DNA from: Candidatus Latescibacterota bacterium
GTDB taxonomy: Bacteria; Latescibacterota; UBA2968; UBA8231
Assembly: GCA_964291625.2 (NCBI GenBank)
Contig: OZ220089.1
Coordinates: 260,542 to 324,541 of the forward strand
DNA: 64,000 nucleotides
Reading direction: 5' to 3'
The notes under the pieces are model-generated. The model did not search any database, had not been told where the DNA came from, and saw only the letters and a program-made list of their open reading frames with translations. Below are positions 1 to 10,300 of this stretch, in pieces (within the stretch, counting starts at the first letter, position 1; the number at the start of each line of letters is the position of its first letter). A program made the translations under genes and the position numbers.

Positions 1-483
1 GTCTTCGGGTACTCCGGCGATCCGGAGGAGGCGCGGCACGACACCGGGGAGATGACGGCGACGCTGACGACCAACTTCACCGCCGCCGCCGTCTGCCTCG
101 GCCACCTGGCCAACGACCTGGAGGGCCGCGGGCAGGGCGGCATCATCGCCGTGAGCTCCGTCGCCGGCGACCGGGGGCGGCAGTCGAACTACGTGTACGG
201 CGCCTCGAAGGGGGGGCTGAACGTCTTTCTGCAGGGCCTGCGGAACCGTCTGGCCCCTGCCGGGGTGCACGTGATGACGGTGAAGCCGGGGTTCGTGGAC
301 ACGCCCATGACCCAGGGCCGCGAGGGGCTGTTCCTGGTGGCCTCGCCGGAGCGGGTGGCCGCCGACATCCTGCGCGCCTGGCGTCGGCGGCGGAACGTGG
401 TCTACACGCCCTGGTTCTGGCGCTGGATCATGCTCCTGATCCGCCTCGTGCCGGAGGGGTTGTTCAAGCGCCTGAGGCTGTAG
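1..483 (+). CDS. short-chain dehydrogenase/reductase (SDR), C-terminal part; the 5' end lies left of the window
   Basis: ORF 52..483 stays open in the same frame back to nt 1. It contains the SDR active-site segment (VSSVAGDRG ... YVYGASKGG, i.e. S...YxxxK) followed by KPGFVDTPM. Confidence 0.8.
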   Translation, partial: VFGYSGDPEEARHDTGEMTATLTTNFTAAAVCLGHLANDLEGRGQGGIIAVSSVAGDRGRQSNYVYGASKGGLNVFLQGLRNRLAPAGVHVMTVKPGFVDTPMTQGREGLFLVASPERVAADILRAWRRRRNVVYTPWFWRWIMLLIRLVPEGLFKRLRL

Positions 484-2698
484 GGGCCGGAGGGTCCGGA
501 TCCTCCAGGGCCTCTCGCAGGCGGGCGGCGAGGTTGGTGTTCCGGCGGGCCGGGCGGTCGTTCTCGATGGCCCGCCGCAGGGCGCGCTGGCTGCCGATGA
601 GGACGAAGAGCTCCCGGGCCCGGGTGACGGCGGTGTAGAGCAGGTTGCGCTGCAGCATCGGGTAGTGCTGGGTGGTCAGGGGCAGGACGACGGCCGGGAA
701 CTCCGAGCCCTGGGCGCGGTGGATGCTGATGGCGTAGGCCATGCTCAGCTGGTCGAGCTCGGCCAGCTCGTAGCGCTGCACGCCGCCGTCGTCGAAGACG
801 ACCTCGGCGAAGGACTCTTCCCCCGTTTCCAGGCGGCCGATGCGCCCCAGGTCGCCGTTGAAGACCCCCTTGTCGTAGTTGTTGCGCACCTGCATCACCC
901 GGTCTCCCTCGCGCAGCTCGCGGTCGCCGATGGCGTGAGGCTTGCGCCCCGGGTTCAGGCGCTCCTGGAGCTGGCGGTTGAGCTGCACCGCGCCGGTCTC
1001 TCCGCGGTACATGGGAGTCAGGACCTGGATCTGCCGCATGGGGTCGAGATCCCGGCCCTGCGGCATCCGCCGGGACACCAGGTCCACCAGGCGCTGGGAG
1101 ACCCGGGCGGGGTCGTCCTCCTCGACGAAGTAGAAGCCGGAGTCGGCGCGGTTGTCGATCCGGGGCCACTCGCCGCCGTTGATGCGGTGGGCGTTGGTGA
1201 CGATGAGGTTGTCGCCCGCCTGGCGGTAGATGTGGCGCAGGCGCGCCACGGGCACGACGCCGGAGTCGATGACATCCCCGAGGAGATTGCCGGGACCGAC
1301 CGAGGGCAACTGGTCGGCGTCGCCCACGAGGACCAGCCGGGCGCCGTCGGGGACGGCCCGGAGCAGCGCGTTCATCAGGTTGATGTCGACCATGGAGCTC
1401 TCGTCGACGATGACCGCCTCCGCTTCGATGGGCTGGTTGCCATCGCGGCGGAAGCCGCCCTCCCGGGGGGCGTACTCCAGAAGCCTGTGGATGGTTCGGG
1501 CCTCGCGGCCGGTGGCCTCGCCCAGGCGCTTGGCGGCCCGCCCCGTGGGCGAGCACAGGGCCACCCGCAGGCCGGACGCCTCCAGGCGCCCCACGATCTG
1601 GCGGGTGATGGTGGTCTTGCCCGTGCCGGGGCCGCCGGTGACGACCAGGACCTTCCCCGCCCCCATCTGCTCCAGGGCCCATCGCTGGTCCTCTCCCAAG
1701 GACGCCTCCTCCTCGGCATCCGCCTCCCCCACCTCCTTCGCCAGGGCCGGACCCGGGGAGGTGAGTATCCGCTCCAGGGCCCGGGCCACCCCCCGCTCGG
1801 CCCGGTGCAGCCGCCCCGGATAGCAGTCCCGCCCCTCCACGACTACGTCACCCGCTTCCTGGAGGGCCGAGAGGGCCTCCGGTACTCGGCTGGAGTCGAC
1901 GCCGAGGAGGAGCTCGGTCGCCGAGGCCAGCTCCTCCTCGGGCAGGAAGAGATGGCCCTCGTCGGCGGCTTCCTGCAGCAGGTAGCGGAGGCCGGCGCGC
2001 ACGCGCTCCGGGGCGTCGCGGGCGATGCCGAGATCCCCGGCGATGCGGTCCGCCGTCTGGAAGCCGATGCCGCGCACGTCGCGCTGCAGCCGGTAGGGAT
2101 CCTGCCGGACGCTGTGGATCGCCTCCGCGCCGTACTGCTGGTAGATGCGTACCGCGTGCCCCGTGCCGACGCCGTGGGACTGGAGGAAGACCATGACGTC
2201 GCGGATGCGCCGCTGCTCCTTCCAGGCCTCGGCGATGGCCTGAGCCCGCTTGCGCCCCAAACCCTCGATCTCCAGCAGCCGCCGCGGCTGAGCGTCGATC
2301 ACTTCGAGGGAGGAGTCGCCGAAGCGGGCGACGATGCGCCTGGCCATGACCGGACCGATCCCCTTGATCAGCCCCGAGCCGAGGTAACGCTCGATGCCTT
2401 CGGCGGTGGCGGGGTACTCGGGGATGCACGACTCCACCCGCAGCTGGCGGCCGAAGCGGGGATGGAGGTCCCAGCTCCCCTCCAGCCGCACGCTCTCGCC
2501 GGCGGAGACCGCCATGGTGCCGACGACGGTGACCGGCTCCCCCTCGCCTTCCGGGCGCAGCCGGGCGATGGTGTAGCCGTTCTCCGGGTTCTGGAAGGTG
2601 ATGTGGTCGATGAGCCCCTTGAGGCGCACACCCGGCCCGGAGGCCGGGTCCTCCGGCGGCGCCCTCCCGGGGCCTTCGAAGAGGTCGCGCTCGCTCAC
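464..2698 (-). CDS. recD2: RecD2-type (RecD-like) SF1B DNA helicase
   Basis: Real part of ORF 464..3199. GTG start at 2698 overlaps the upstream stop (ATGTGA). Motifs: Walker A VVTGGPGTGKTT, IVDESSMVD, LVGDADQLPSVGPG, SIHRAQGSEF, LLYTAVTRAR. N-terminal HhH-like GIGPVMARRIV and the typical LIDHITFQNPENGYTI N-terminus are present. Confidence 0.9.
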   Translation of the reverse strand: MSERDLFEGPGRAPPEDPASGPGVRLKGLIDHITFQNPENGYTIARLRPEGEGEPVTVVGTMAVSAGESVRLEGSWDLHPRFGRQLRVESCIPEYPATAEGIERYLGSGLIKGIGPVMARRIVARFGDSSLEVIDAQPRRLLEIEGLGRKRAQAIAEAWKEQRRIRDVMVFLQSHGVGTGHAVRIYQQYGAEAIHSVRQDPYRLQRDVRGIGFQTADRIAGDLGIARDAPERVRAGLRYLLQEAADEGHLFLPEEELASATELLLGVDSSRVPEALSALQEAGDVVVEGRDCYPGRLHRAERGVARALERILTSPGPALAKEVGEADAEEEASLGEDQRWALEQMGAGKVLVVTGGPGTGKTTITRQIVGRLEASGLRVALCSPTGRAAKRLGEATGREARTIHRLLEYAPREGGFRRDGNQPIEAEAVIVDESSMVDINLMNALLRAVPDGARLVLVGDADQLPSVGPGNLLGDVIDSGVVPVARLRHIYRQAGDNLIVTNAHRINGGEWPRIDNRADSGFYFVEEDDPARVSQRLVDLVSRRMPQGRDLDPMRQIQVLTPMYRGETGAVQLNRQLQERLNPGRKPHAIGDRELREGDRVMQVRNNYDKGVFNGDLGRIGRLETGEESFAEVVFDDGGVQRYELAELDQLSMAYAISIHRAQGSEFPAVVLPLTTQHYPMLQRNLLYTAVTRARELFVLIGSQRALRRAIENDRPARRNTNLAARLREALEDPDPPAPTASGA

Positions 2699-3336
2699 AT
2701 CAAGGCAGCTCGCAGCAGCAGGGTGACGGCCGCCCCGAGGGCGGCGCCGGCCACCAGTTGCGCCGGCGAATGGGCCTGCCGCCGCCAGCGGGCCCACCCC
2801 GCCGCCAGGGGCAGCAGCGCGCACAGGGGCCACCACGCGGCTTCCACGAGGGTGGCCGCCAGCGCCGCCCCTCCCCCGGCGCCGGTGGTGTGGATGCTGA
2901 TCTTCCACCGGCGGTTCACCAGGCCGACGCCGGCGGCGCCCACTGCGAAGGACGCCGCCGCCCAGCGCTGCACCGGCGGCATCTGCAGCCCCTGGAGGAG
3001 CGCGAACCCGACGGCGTAGCAGAGGGTCCCGACGAGCAGGAACCGGCTGCGCAGAGGGCGGGGGGGATCGTAGATGTCGTCGACTCCCCCGCCCCTGGCC
3101 AGCCAGCCCAGGAGGGCCGCGGGGCCGATGGAGAACAGCAGGATGGCCAGGGCCTTGCCCCCCGCCGACCTCAGGGGATCGCCGCCGGCGGGCAGCCACA
3201 GGAAGACGACCAGGGCCAGTCCCGGCGGGCTCAGGAGATGGGTGATGCAGCGCGCCGCCCCGTCGGTCCAGCCCGACCGGTCCGCCGCGGCTTGCGCGTC
3301 TCCGTCCCCGCCGTCACCCCCGGGCCGGGCCCTCAC
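2695..3336 (-). CDS. PAP2-superfamily membrane phosphatase-like protein
   Basis: C-terminal part of ORF 2695..3546. Multi-pass hydrophobic protein with PAP2-like motifs (KISIHTTGAGG; RRQAHSPAQLVAGAALG). Proposed GTG start at 3336 overlaps the PqqD stop as GTGA. The start is inferred. Confidence 0.6.
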   Translation of the reverse strand: MRARPGGDGGDGDAQAAADRSGWTDGAARCITHLLSPPGLALVVFLWLPAGGDPLRSAGGKALAILLFSIGPAALLGWLARGGGVDDIYDPPRPLRSRFLLVGTLCYAVGFALLQGLQMPPVQRWAAASFAVGAAGVGLVNRRWKISIHTTGAGGGAALAATLVEAAWWPLCALLPLAAGWARWRRQAHSPAQLVAGAALGAAVTLLLRAALM

Positions 3337-3770
3337 CGCTTCCACTTCTTGCCGCTGGCATCCCTCCCTCTCCTGGCCCCCCCGGAACCCGCTTTGCCGG
3401 CGCCCTCCACGAGGAAGCCGATGAACCGCTTCTGACCGAGGGTCTTCAGGTAGGAGAGCAGGGAGACCTCCGCTTCCTTGCGGTCGAGCTTGTACCGGTC
3501 CCGGAGGCCTTCGATCATGTCCGCCACCGAGTTGCGGCCGTCGCACATCTGCCAGACCTGCGCGCCCACCTCGTCGAGGGTGATGGTCCGCTTCTCGGGG
3601 ATGTAGAAGAGCTTCGACAGGAGGCGGGTCTTCCAGGTCTCCTGCCGCGTCACCGTTATCCGGATCTCACCCTCCTCCGTCTTCTCCCACGCCAGCAGCT
3701 CGTTGCGGGCCGGCCGCGACTCCAGCATGGCGTCCCGCGTCAGCCGCGGCTTCTTCTTCGTGGCAAACAT
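3333..3770 (-). CDS. PqqD-family (RiPP-recognition-element-like) small protein
   Basis: ORF 3333..3770. The core ITLDEVGAQVWQMCDGRNSVADMIEGLRDRYKLDRKEAEVSLLSYLKTLGQKRFI matches the PqqD/peptide-chaperone pattern. An alternative ATG lies at 3728. Either start overlaps the upstream gene by 60-104 nt. Confidence 0.7.
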   Translation of the reverse strand: MFATKKKPRLTRDAMLESRPARNELLAWEKTEEGEIRITVTRQETWKTRLLSKLFYIPEKRTITLDEVGAQVWQMCDGRNSVADMIEGLRDRYKLDRKEAEVSLLSYLKTLGQKRFIGFLVEGAGKAGSGGARRGRDASGKKWKR

Positions 3771-4788
3771 ATCCGTCCATGACTTCGTCGAGGGTGTCGC
3801 CGCCTTGTTCGCGCTTCTTGAACAGATGCTCGACGATGCAGATGCGATTCAAGTCGGGGCAGTGCCAGACCGCGCCCCGCAGGTAGCGCCTCGGCCTCGG
3901 GTTGACGAAGGGCAGGGGCCGCAGCACCTGGCGCCAGCGGCTCTGGGGCCGGCCGGTGACGCGCAGGCCATCGTGGCCGCGGAAGTCGGCCCGGGCGATC
4001 TCGTGGTTCACGTCGCGCAGGTCCTTGCGGAAGAAGGAAGGGTACCAGTTTGAAAGGTCCGTCCCCTTCAGCAGCATGTGGGCCATGCTCAGGCGGTGCA
4101 CGCGCAGGACCTGGGCGCCCCCGTCCTTCTCGAAGGTCATCTTCACGTGGCCCGACTTCAACTCCTTCTCGGTGAGCTCGAAGTCCGCGGGGGCGTGGAA
4201 GGTGAGGCCGTACAGGCTCCAGTACTGCAACTCGCCGCGGGGGTGGTCCTCGAGGGTGGGCAGGATCTCGTTCACCAGGCCGATCACGCCGCCGCCGTCG
4301 TCCTTTGCCGCGAGCACCCGCAGGAGCACGATGCGGCCGCAGTCCGGACAGGCGCGGGCCAGGTTGTAGGCCCGGTAGTCTGCCTCCCAGACGAAAGTCT
4401 CGTACTCGCTGCCCTCGAGCCAGCGCTTGTCCTGGAGGAACTTCGCGCGCCGCTCGACGCGCAGCTCCATGCCCGCCTTGTCGGCTTTCTTCTGCAGCTG
4501 GGAGAGATAGCGCCCCACGAGGTCCTCGACGGGCCGGCGGATGCCCCGCTTGGGAGGGGCCCGCCACTCGACCTCGGCCCGCACCATGCGGGTGTCGTCG
4601 AGGCGCGCGTAGCCGCTGGCGGCGTCGCCGTCGACCCGGCCCATCTCCCACTCCTCCGGGACGCGCAGCCGGATCCCCTGCCAGCCGAAGTCGTAGCGTC
4701 TGCCCCCCGCGGCCTGACGGGATCTTCCGGCGGGCTGCCGGGTCGGAGCCCCGCCTTCCACGGCCGGAAGTCCGTCGCTTGCGGACAT
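3667..4788 (-). CDS. hypothetical protein (373 aa), no recognised domain
   Basis: C-terminal in-frame part of shadow-extended ORF 3667..7461, starting at ATG 4788 (MSASDGLPAVEGG...). Balanced composition (W, Y, K, F rich: YETFVWEADYRAYNLARACPDCGRIVLLRVLA), unlike the Arg/Pro-rich upstream extension. Confidence 0.6.
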   Translation of the reverse strand: MSASDGLPAVEGGAPTRQPAGRSRQAAGGRRYDFGWQGIRLRVPEEWEMGRVDGDAASGYARLDDTRMVRAEVEWRAPPKRGIRRPVEDLVGRYLSQLQKKADKAGMELRVERRAKFLQDKRWLEGSEYETFVWEADYRAYNLARACPDCGRIVLLRVLAAKDDGGGVIGLVNEILPTLEDHPRGELQYWSLYGLTFHAPADFELTEKELKSGHVKMTFEKDGGAQVLRVHRLSMAHMLLKGTDLSNWYPSFFRKDLRDVNHEIARADFRGHDGLRVTGRPQSRWRQVLRPLPFVNPRPRRYLRGAVWHCPDLNRICIVEHLFKKREQGGDTLDEVMDGYVCHEEEAAADAGRHAGVAAGPQRAAGVGEDGGG

Positions 4789-4811
4789 GGACCTTCCCGA
4801 CCCGGACGCGC

Positions 4812-7295
4812 TTAGAAGATGAGGACCGACACCGACTTCTGGATCAGGGCGATGGAGATCGACGCCATGCCCATGAGCGCCATGCCGCAGGCGAAGCCGA
4901 CGGCGAGGACGGGCGCGTACGTGCGCCACTGTTGTCGTCCGTAGCGGTTCCAGAAGTAGTACCGGGCCAGCATGGCGCCGATGACCTCGGTGATCATCCA
5001 GTGCGGTATCGTCGTCAGGGCGCGGACGTACCCAAAGACGAGGAGGATCGGCAGCCCGAAGGCCGACAGAAAGATGTAGCTGCCCAGGCCGACGACGGTC
5101 CCGGCGACGATGAGGTTCGGCTTGATGGCGCGGAAGAGCCACGGCTCGTCGGTGGAACGCTGGATCCAGGGACTGGTGAAGTTCGGATCGGTGTCGACGG
5201 CGAAGTAGTACTCCCAGCCGGCGGGCAGGGACTGGGCGCTGGAGGCGAGGAGGGCGGGGCGAGGCGTGTCGACGACGCCGATCACCGGTCTCTCGCCCTC
5301 GACCAGGTCGGGGATGCGGTCCGGGGTGGCGACGGCGTCGCGGACCAGCTCGGCGGCGTGCGCCAGGCCCGCGACAGCGGGGCCGGCGGCGCTCACCTCG
5401 TAGCCCGCTCCGGCCGGGAGCGCCTTCTCCAGGGCGCCGGGCGGCAAGGGCGGCACGTCTTCGGGCATACCCTCGCCGAAGTGGGTGTAGAAGGCGCGCT
5501 TCTCGGACCAGGGGCCGGCCTCCCCGAGCTTGCCCTGCGACTCTATCCACTTGCTGTCGGCGGCGCGCACTCGCCAGTACCACCACTCCCCTTCCACCAG
5601 GTTCGAGGGCACCCAGGTGGCGCTGTTGCGCTCCGGCGACTCCTTCAGCTCGCTCTTCAGGGTGCCGGTGAACCAGATGCATGTCTGCAGGGCCCGGAGG
5701 CGCCACATGACCTGGGCATAGGGGTACGAGGCCGAGGGGATGGGGGCCAGCTTCCAGATGTAGGAGGAGTAGAGGAAGGTGGCGAAGAGCACGATGGGCA
5801 CCATCACCACCTCGGCCTTGATGATGCTCGTGAACTTGGTGCCCGTGAGCTCGATCTCGCGGAACTTCTGGGTCTGGGAGCCGTAGTTGCCCAGCGGGAA
5901 GGGCATGAACCAGATGTCCACGCCCTGGTACCCGGAGAGGATGATCGTCGCCTCGCGCACGTAGGGGATCTCGATCGTCTGCCCCACCATGCCCACGAGG
6001 CGCGCGTTGACGAAGGACTGGAACGGCGTCAGCACGAACCCGAAGAACAGGAAGAACCAGATGAACTGGTGGAAGGCGGGCAGGAAGATCCAGGCGATGA
6101 CGATGAGGCCGGCGGCGGTGAGCCCGTACAGGGTCAGGGCGATCCACATGGGGAAGTCGCCGCGCCCTTCGGGCACCGCCCAGGAACCGCCCCCCCTGCC
6201 GGAGGCCCTGGCGGCGGCGGCGGTGCGCAGCCCCTGCACGACCTGCCAGATACCGATGAGGGCGATGGCGATGGTCGTGCCGATGCCGAAGCTCATCCAG
6301 AAGTCGACGGAGTTGACGAAGAAGGTCTCGATGGCGCCCATGCCGGGCTGCCAGATCTGCAGGTAGCCGAGGTCGTAGAGGATCGGGTTGGCCACCGAGT
6401 GGGCGACGACGCCGAGGAAGGTGCCCATGACCCCCCAGAAAGGCATGACGAGGCCGGCGAAGATCGGCCCCAGATGGGCGGTGAACCCGAGGGGGGTGGC
6501 GGGGATGAAGTTGCCCGTGACCTGGGTGAAGTCGACGAAGGGAATGGGGATCAGCTGGATCGGCTTGGTGAGCAGGGAGCCGGAGATCGCCGGGATCGCC
6601 ACGTACAAGGTGCCGAAGACCAGGCCGATCATGGCCCCGGCGGAGAACGCCCTCCAGCGCCACGACTCCACCCCCTGGGTGGTCTCGGCCAGGGCCGTGG
6701 CCCCCTGGGCGGCGACGGGCGCGAAGGGAAAGGGCAGGCGCTCGTAGTCGGAGTTCAGCCGGAAGAGGGCATAGGCCATGGTGAACCACGAGACCCGCGA
6801 GATCACGAACTGCGCCAGCAGCAGCGAGATGGGGATGATCCAGTCGGTGTGCAGGAAGGTCCGCTGCAGCAGCGCCGGCGACTCCAGGGGCGGCGCCCAC
6901 CAGTCCGGGATCAGGTTGGCGATGCCGAACTGCTGCGCCGGCGGCGACTGGCGCAGGTACTGGTTCCACAGCAGCCCCTCGAAGGCGCCGGTCTCGGCGG
7001 CGATCAGTCCCGCCGCCACGTAGTAGAGGACGTATACCTCCTGGCGCGTCAGGGAGGTGAAGGAGCGCTTGGTGATCTCGGCGAAGAGGATGATCGTCAC
7101 CCACTCCGCCGCGGCGCCGAGGGAACCGCCCACCATGAGGCTGAGGTACATGTTCCCCGGGATCATGACGAAGGCGACGAAGAAGACGCCGAGGATCGCC
7201 TTGCGGGTGAAGCCGTCCTCGAACTCGGTCGGCGTCTCGAGGAGGTCGCGGTACTCTTCGACTTCCTGGTTGGCGTTGCTCTTGCGTCTCAGCAT
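4812..7295 (-). CDS. 827-aa polytopic membrane protein, OPT (oligopeptide transporter)-superfamily-like, with a ~200-aa soluble insert
   Basis: ORF 4812..7295. It has many predicted TM helices. The N-terminal segment FTRKAILGVFFVAFVMIPGNMYLSLMVGGSLGAAAEW resembles the OPT N-terminus. A hydrophilic insert (TLKSELKESPERNSATWVPSNLVEGEWWYWRVRAADSKW...) lies between TM bundles. The family assignment is tentative. Confidence 0.6.
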   Translation of the reverse strand: MLRRKSNANQEVEEYRDLLETPTEFEDGFTRKAILGVFFVAFVMIPGNMYLSLMVGGSLGAAAEWVTIILFAEITKRSFTSLTRQEVYVLYYVAAGLIAAETGAFEGLLWNQYLRQSPPAQQFGIANLIPDWWAPPLESPALLQRTFLHTDWIIPISLLLAQFVISRVSWFTMAYALFRLNSDYERLPFPFAPVAAQGATALAETTQGVESWRWRAFSAGAMIGLVFGTLYVAIPAISGSLLTKPIQLIPIPFVDFTQVTGNFIPATPLGFTAHLGPIFAGLVMPFWGVMGTFLGVVAHSVANPILYDLGYLQIWQPGMGAIETFFVNSVDFWMSFGIGTTIAIALIGIWQVVQGLRTAAAARASGRGGGSWAVPEGRGDFPMWIALTLYGLTAAGLIVIAWIFLPAFHQFIWFFLFFGFVLTPFQSFVNARLVGMVGQTIEIPYVREATIILSGYQGVDIWFMPFPLGNYGSQTQKFREIELTGTKFTSIIKAEVVMVPIVLFATFLYSSYIWKLAPIPSASYPYAQVMWRLRALQTCIWFTGTLKSELKESPERNSATWVPSNLVEGEWWYWRVRAADSKWIESQGKLGEAGPWSEKRAFYTHFGEGMPEDVPPLPPGALEKALPAGAGYEVSAAGPAVAGLAHAAELVRDAVATPDRIPDLVEGERPVIGVVDTPRPALLASSAQSLPAGWEYYFAVDTDPNFTSPWIQRSTDEPWLFRAIKPNLIVAGTVVGLGSYIFLSAFGLPILLVFGYVRALTTIPHWMITEVIGAMLARYYFWNRYGRQQWRTYAPVLAVGFACGMALMGMASISIALIQKSVSVLIF

Positions 7296-7313
7296 TCTCG
7301 GAAGGGCCGCGGT

Positions 7314-10300
7314 TCAGGCGGAGACGGAATCGGCGGGGGCGCCGGCCAGCAGTTCCTGCCCCTGGCTCCGGTAGGCCTCCTTGGCCTCGGAGTCGACGGT
7401 GCGCCAGATGAGGAACTGCTTGCGGATGACGTTCATGAAGCGCTGGTTGACGCGCCGCCACGAGGCGTCCTCGCCGCTCAGGCGGCGGATGTCGAGCTGG
7501 ATCTGGTAGATGTTGTGCTCGGACTCGGGCAGGGCGCGGATGACGACGTGCTGGCTCACCCCCAGGTCGAAGGGCGCCAGCCAGATGTTCATGTCGATGG
7601 TGTACCCCTCGCCGTACTCGGAGTCGAGGCGGCCCAGCTTGGCGCCGTCGGTGTAGAAGGTCCCGATCGATTCCTCGGAGTAGGAGTCGAAGTAGCCGAT
7701 GAGGAAGACCGACAGGCCGAGGACGTCGCGCCCCGCCACGGTGAAGGGGAACTCGAAGTGCCAGTCGTCCCCTTCGGGCCGGGGCAGCCGCCAGCGGCGG
7801 GTCACGTCGGGTACCGCCATCTGCGACGCCCGGCGCGCCGGGTAGATGGTGGAGAGCATGACCACCGCCATCACCAGGATGCAGGAGAGCACCGCCGACA
7901 GGGACGAGTAGTTGAGGGTGAAGCCGGTGACCACCCCGAGCTGGGTCAGAAGGGTCGCCGTGATCTGACCGACGAGGTAGCCGGCCACCACCCCGAGGAC
8001 GGAGTAGACGCAGGACTCGGCCATGAACAGCCAGGCGATATGCCCCGGCGCCAGGCCCACGGAGGAGTAGATGCCGATCTCGCGGAAGCGCTCGTAGACG
8101 CTGCCCATCATCGTGTTGAGGACGATGAGGGCGGCGATGAGGATCGGCACGAAGAGGTTGGCCACCCCCGACAGCGAGGTCATGCCCAGGGAGCTGTAGA
8201 TCGACACCTTGATGTAGTCGTCCCCCGGCTCCTGGATGCCGGCGAAGAGGGTCACCGCCAGGCGCGACAGGAACTGCTCGATCTCGGCGCGCTCGTCGAC
8301 GCCCTCGTCGAAGCGGATCGCCACCGACTGCAGGGGATTGCCGCTGCCCACGTTGCGCAGCGTGTGGTACGGCAGGATCAGGGTGTTGGCCGGCTCCAGG
8401 TGGACGAAGGGCTTGATCACCACCTGCGCGTCCTCGAGGCCCTGCTTCTCCCGCTGCTCCTCCTCGGCGATCTCCTGCACCGCCTGGCCGCCGGTGACGG
8501 CGAAGTCGGCGGGCGTCATCGTCTCGTCGTCGAGGTCCTTCAGCTCCTTCATGCGCGTGGAGTTGATGATGCCGATGACGGTGAACTGCTCGCCGAAGAC
8601 GCGCACCGTGGCGCCGCCGGCGTCGACCTCGCCCATGTCGATGCCGAGCTTGTCGGCCCCGAGCATATCGTTGGGCAGGATGCAGACCCTCTCCTCGCCC
8701 TCCTGGAACCAGCGTCCCGCCAGCAGGGCCTGGTCGAGGCCTGTCACCTCGGTCTCGGACGGGGTCAGGCCGAGGACGCCGAGGGCGTTATGGGCATCCT
8801 CGCCGTACTTGATCTTGATGTGGGCCTTCTTCTGGTTGTCGTACCAGCTCCGCGGCGCGATGGCGGCCCGGTCGCCGAAGTTGCTGTGGGCGTACTCGAG
8901 GACCGACTCCTCCAGCGGCGTCCACGCCTTGCTGCGGATCAGCAGGCCCTCGTAGAGCCCCTCGTTGTCGCGCTCGATCTGGTTGTAGCGCAGGGCCGTC
9001 TGGATGGACGTGAAGGACAGGACCGTGAAGGTGAGCAGCAGCAGGGTGACGAAGGTCAGCGCCGTGCGCAGCTTGCGGCGCTTCATGTTGCTGATGCCCA
9101 GGAGGAAGGCGGTGAGGGAGGCGCTGGAGCGGCTCACGTCGGTGTCGTGGATGACCGCCACCTCGGTGCGCAGTTTCTTCATCTGCTCGTTGAAGCGGCC
9201 GGAGATGATCCACATGACGAGGACCGCGAGGACGAGGATCACGAAGGCCAGGAGGATGACGAAGGGGTTGGACAACTCGAAGGCCGGGTGGACGAAGGAG
9301 AGGACGATCCAGATGACGAGGAAGATGCCCGCGAAGCCCATGATCTGGCGCTGGATCGTGGCCGCGGTGATCAGCAGGCGCTCGGCGAAGTAGGCGCAGG
9401 GCAGGACCAGGGCCATGAAGAAGATGATGCCCTGGATGACGTCGTTCTGGGTCGACTTGACGTCGGGATAGGCCCGCGACTCGAGGCCGATGGCCGAGCG
9501 CGTGTGGCGCACGAACGCGCTCCACTCCTTGCGCTCCAGGGCCGCCGCCGCCCGTTCCAGCTCTCCCCGGGCGCGCTCGTGCAGGTCGTTCAGGCGCTGG
9601 TTCTCGATGGCGAAGCTCCGCAGCTCGCGCATGCGGGCCTCGTCGAGGGTCCACATGTCCCTGGCCGACTGGTAGGAGGTGCGCGCGAAGGAGGATCCCG
9701 GCTCCATGGCGAAGCCCGCGCCCAGGGCCTCCTCCTTGTCGTCGGGGTTCTCGGAGTTCAGCAGCAGGGAGCGGAAGCCGAGGATCCCGGCGCCGAAGCC
9801 CATCTTCACCAGGGCTCCCGGCCGGGCGAAGAGCACGCCCACCGGCTCGTCCTTGGCCGAGGGGCCCTCCCCGATGGTGTATCCGTACTCCACGGGGGAG
9901 GCGTTGGTCTCGTCGAAGACGGTGACCTCGGAGAGCTTGGTGAGGTAGCGGGGATCGACGATGTCGAAGAAGTTGAAGGCCTGGCACGGGAAGAGGACGA
10001 CCATCCACTCCTTGTCGCGCCAGTCCATCTTGATCAGCATCGGGTAGGCCTGGTCGCCCTGGATGCCGCGGTCCGGCGCGTAGCTGACCCGTCCGGTGGC
10101 CGGGTCCATGCGGTAACCCTCCACCTGGACCTGCTCGACGCGGATGCGGTTGACGAAGAAGGCGCCGTCGCCGTCGACGACTTCGAAGTACTCGCCGCGC
10201 ACGCCCTTGTAGGACTTCTTCTTGCCGTTGCGCACGACGCCGACAGCGCCCGTGCGCGGCAGGTCGGGAACGATGCTGCGCCTCGGGAAGACCATGGTCC

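Noticed and set aside
464-483. 20-nt overlap of the convergent SDR and recD2 3' ends, and the 9-nt gap between the convergent stops at 34655/34665, both without any terminator hairpin
   Set aside because: This is common in compact GC-rich genomes. There is nothing beyond tight packing to report.
464-2698. RecD2 helicase as part of a phage-defence system
   Set aside because: There is no adjacent nuclease, methylase, ATPase partner or other defence-island hallmark. The architecture is that of the standard stand-alone RecD2. Its neighbours are membrane proteins coupled only by compact gene packing.
3333-3770. PqqD-like gene as evidence for PQQ biosynthesis
   Set aside because: No pqqA/B/C/E genes or radical-SAM signature (CxxxCxxC) occur nearby. 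PqqD-like domains are widespread stand-alone peptide-binding modules.
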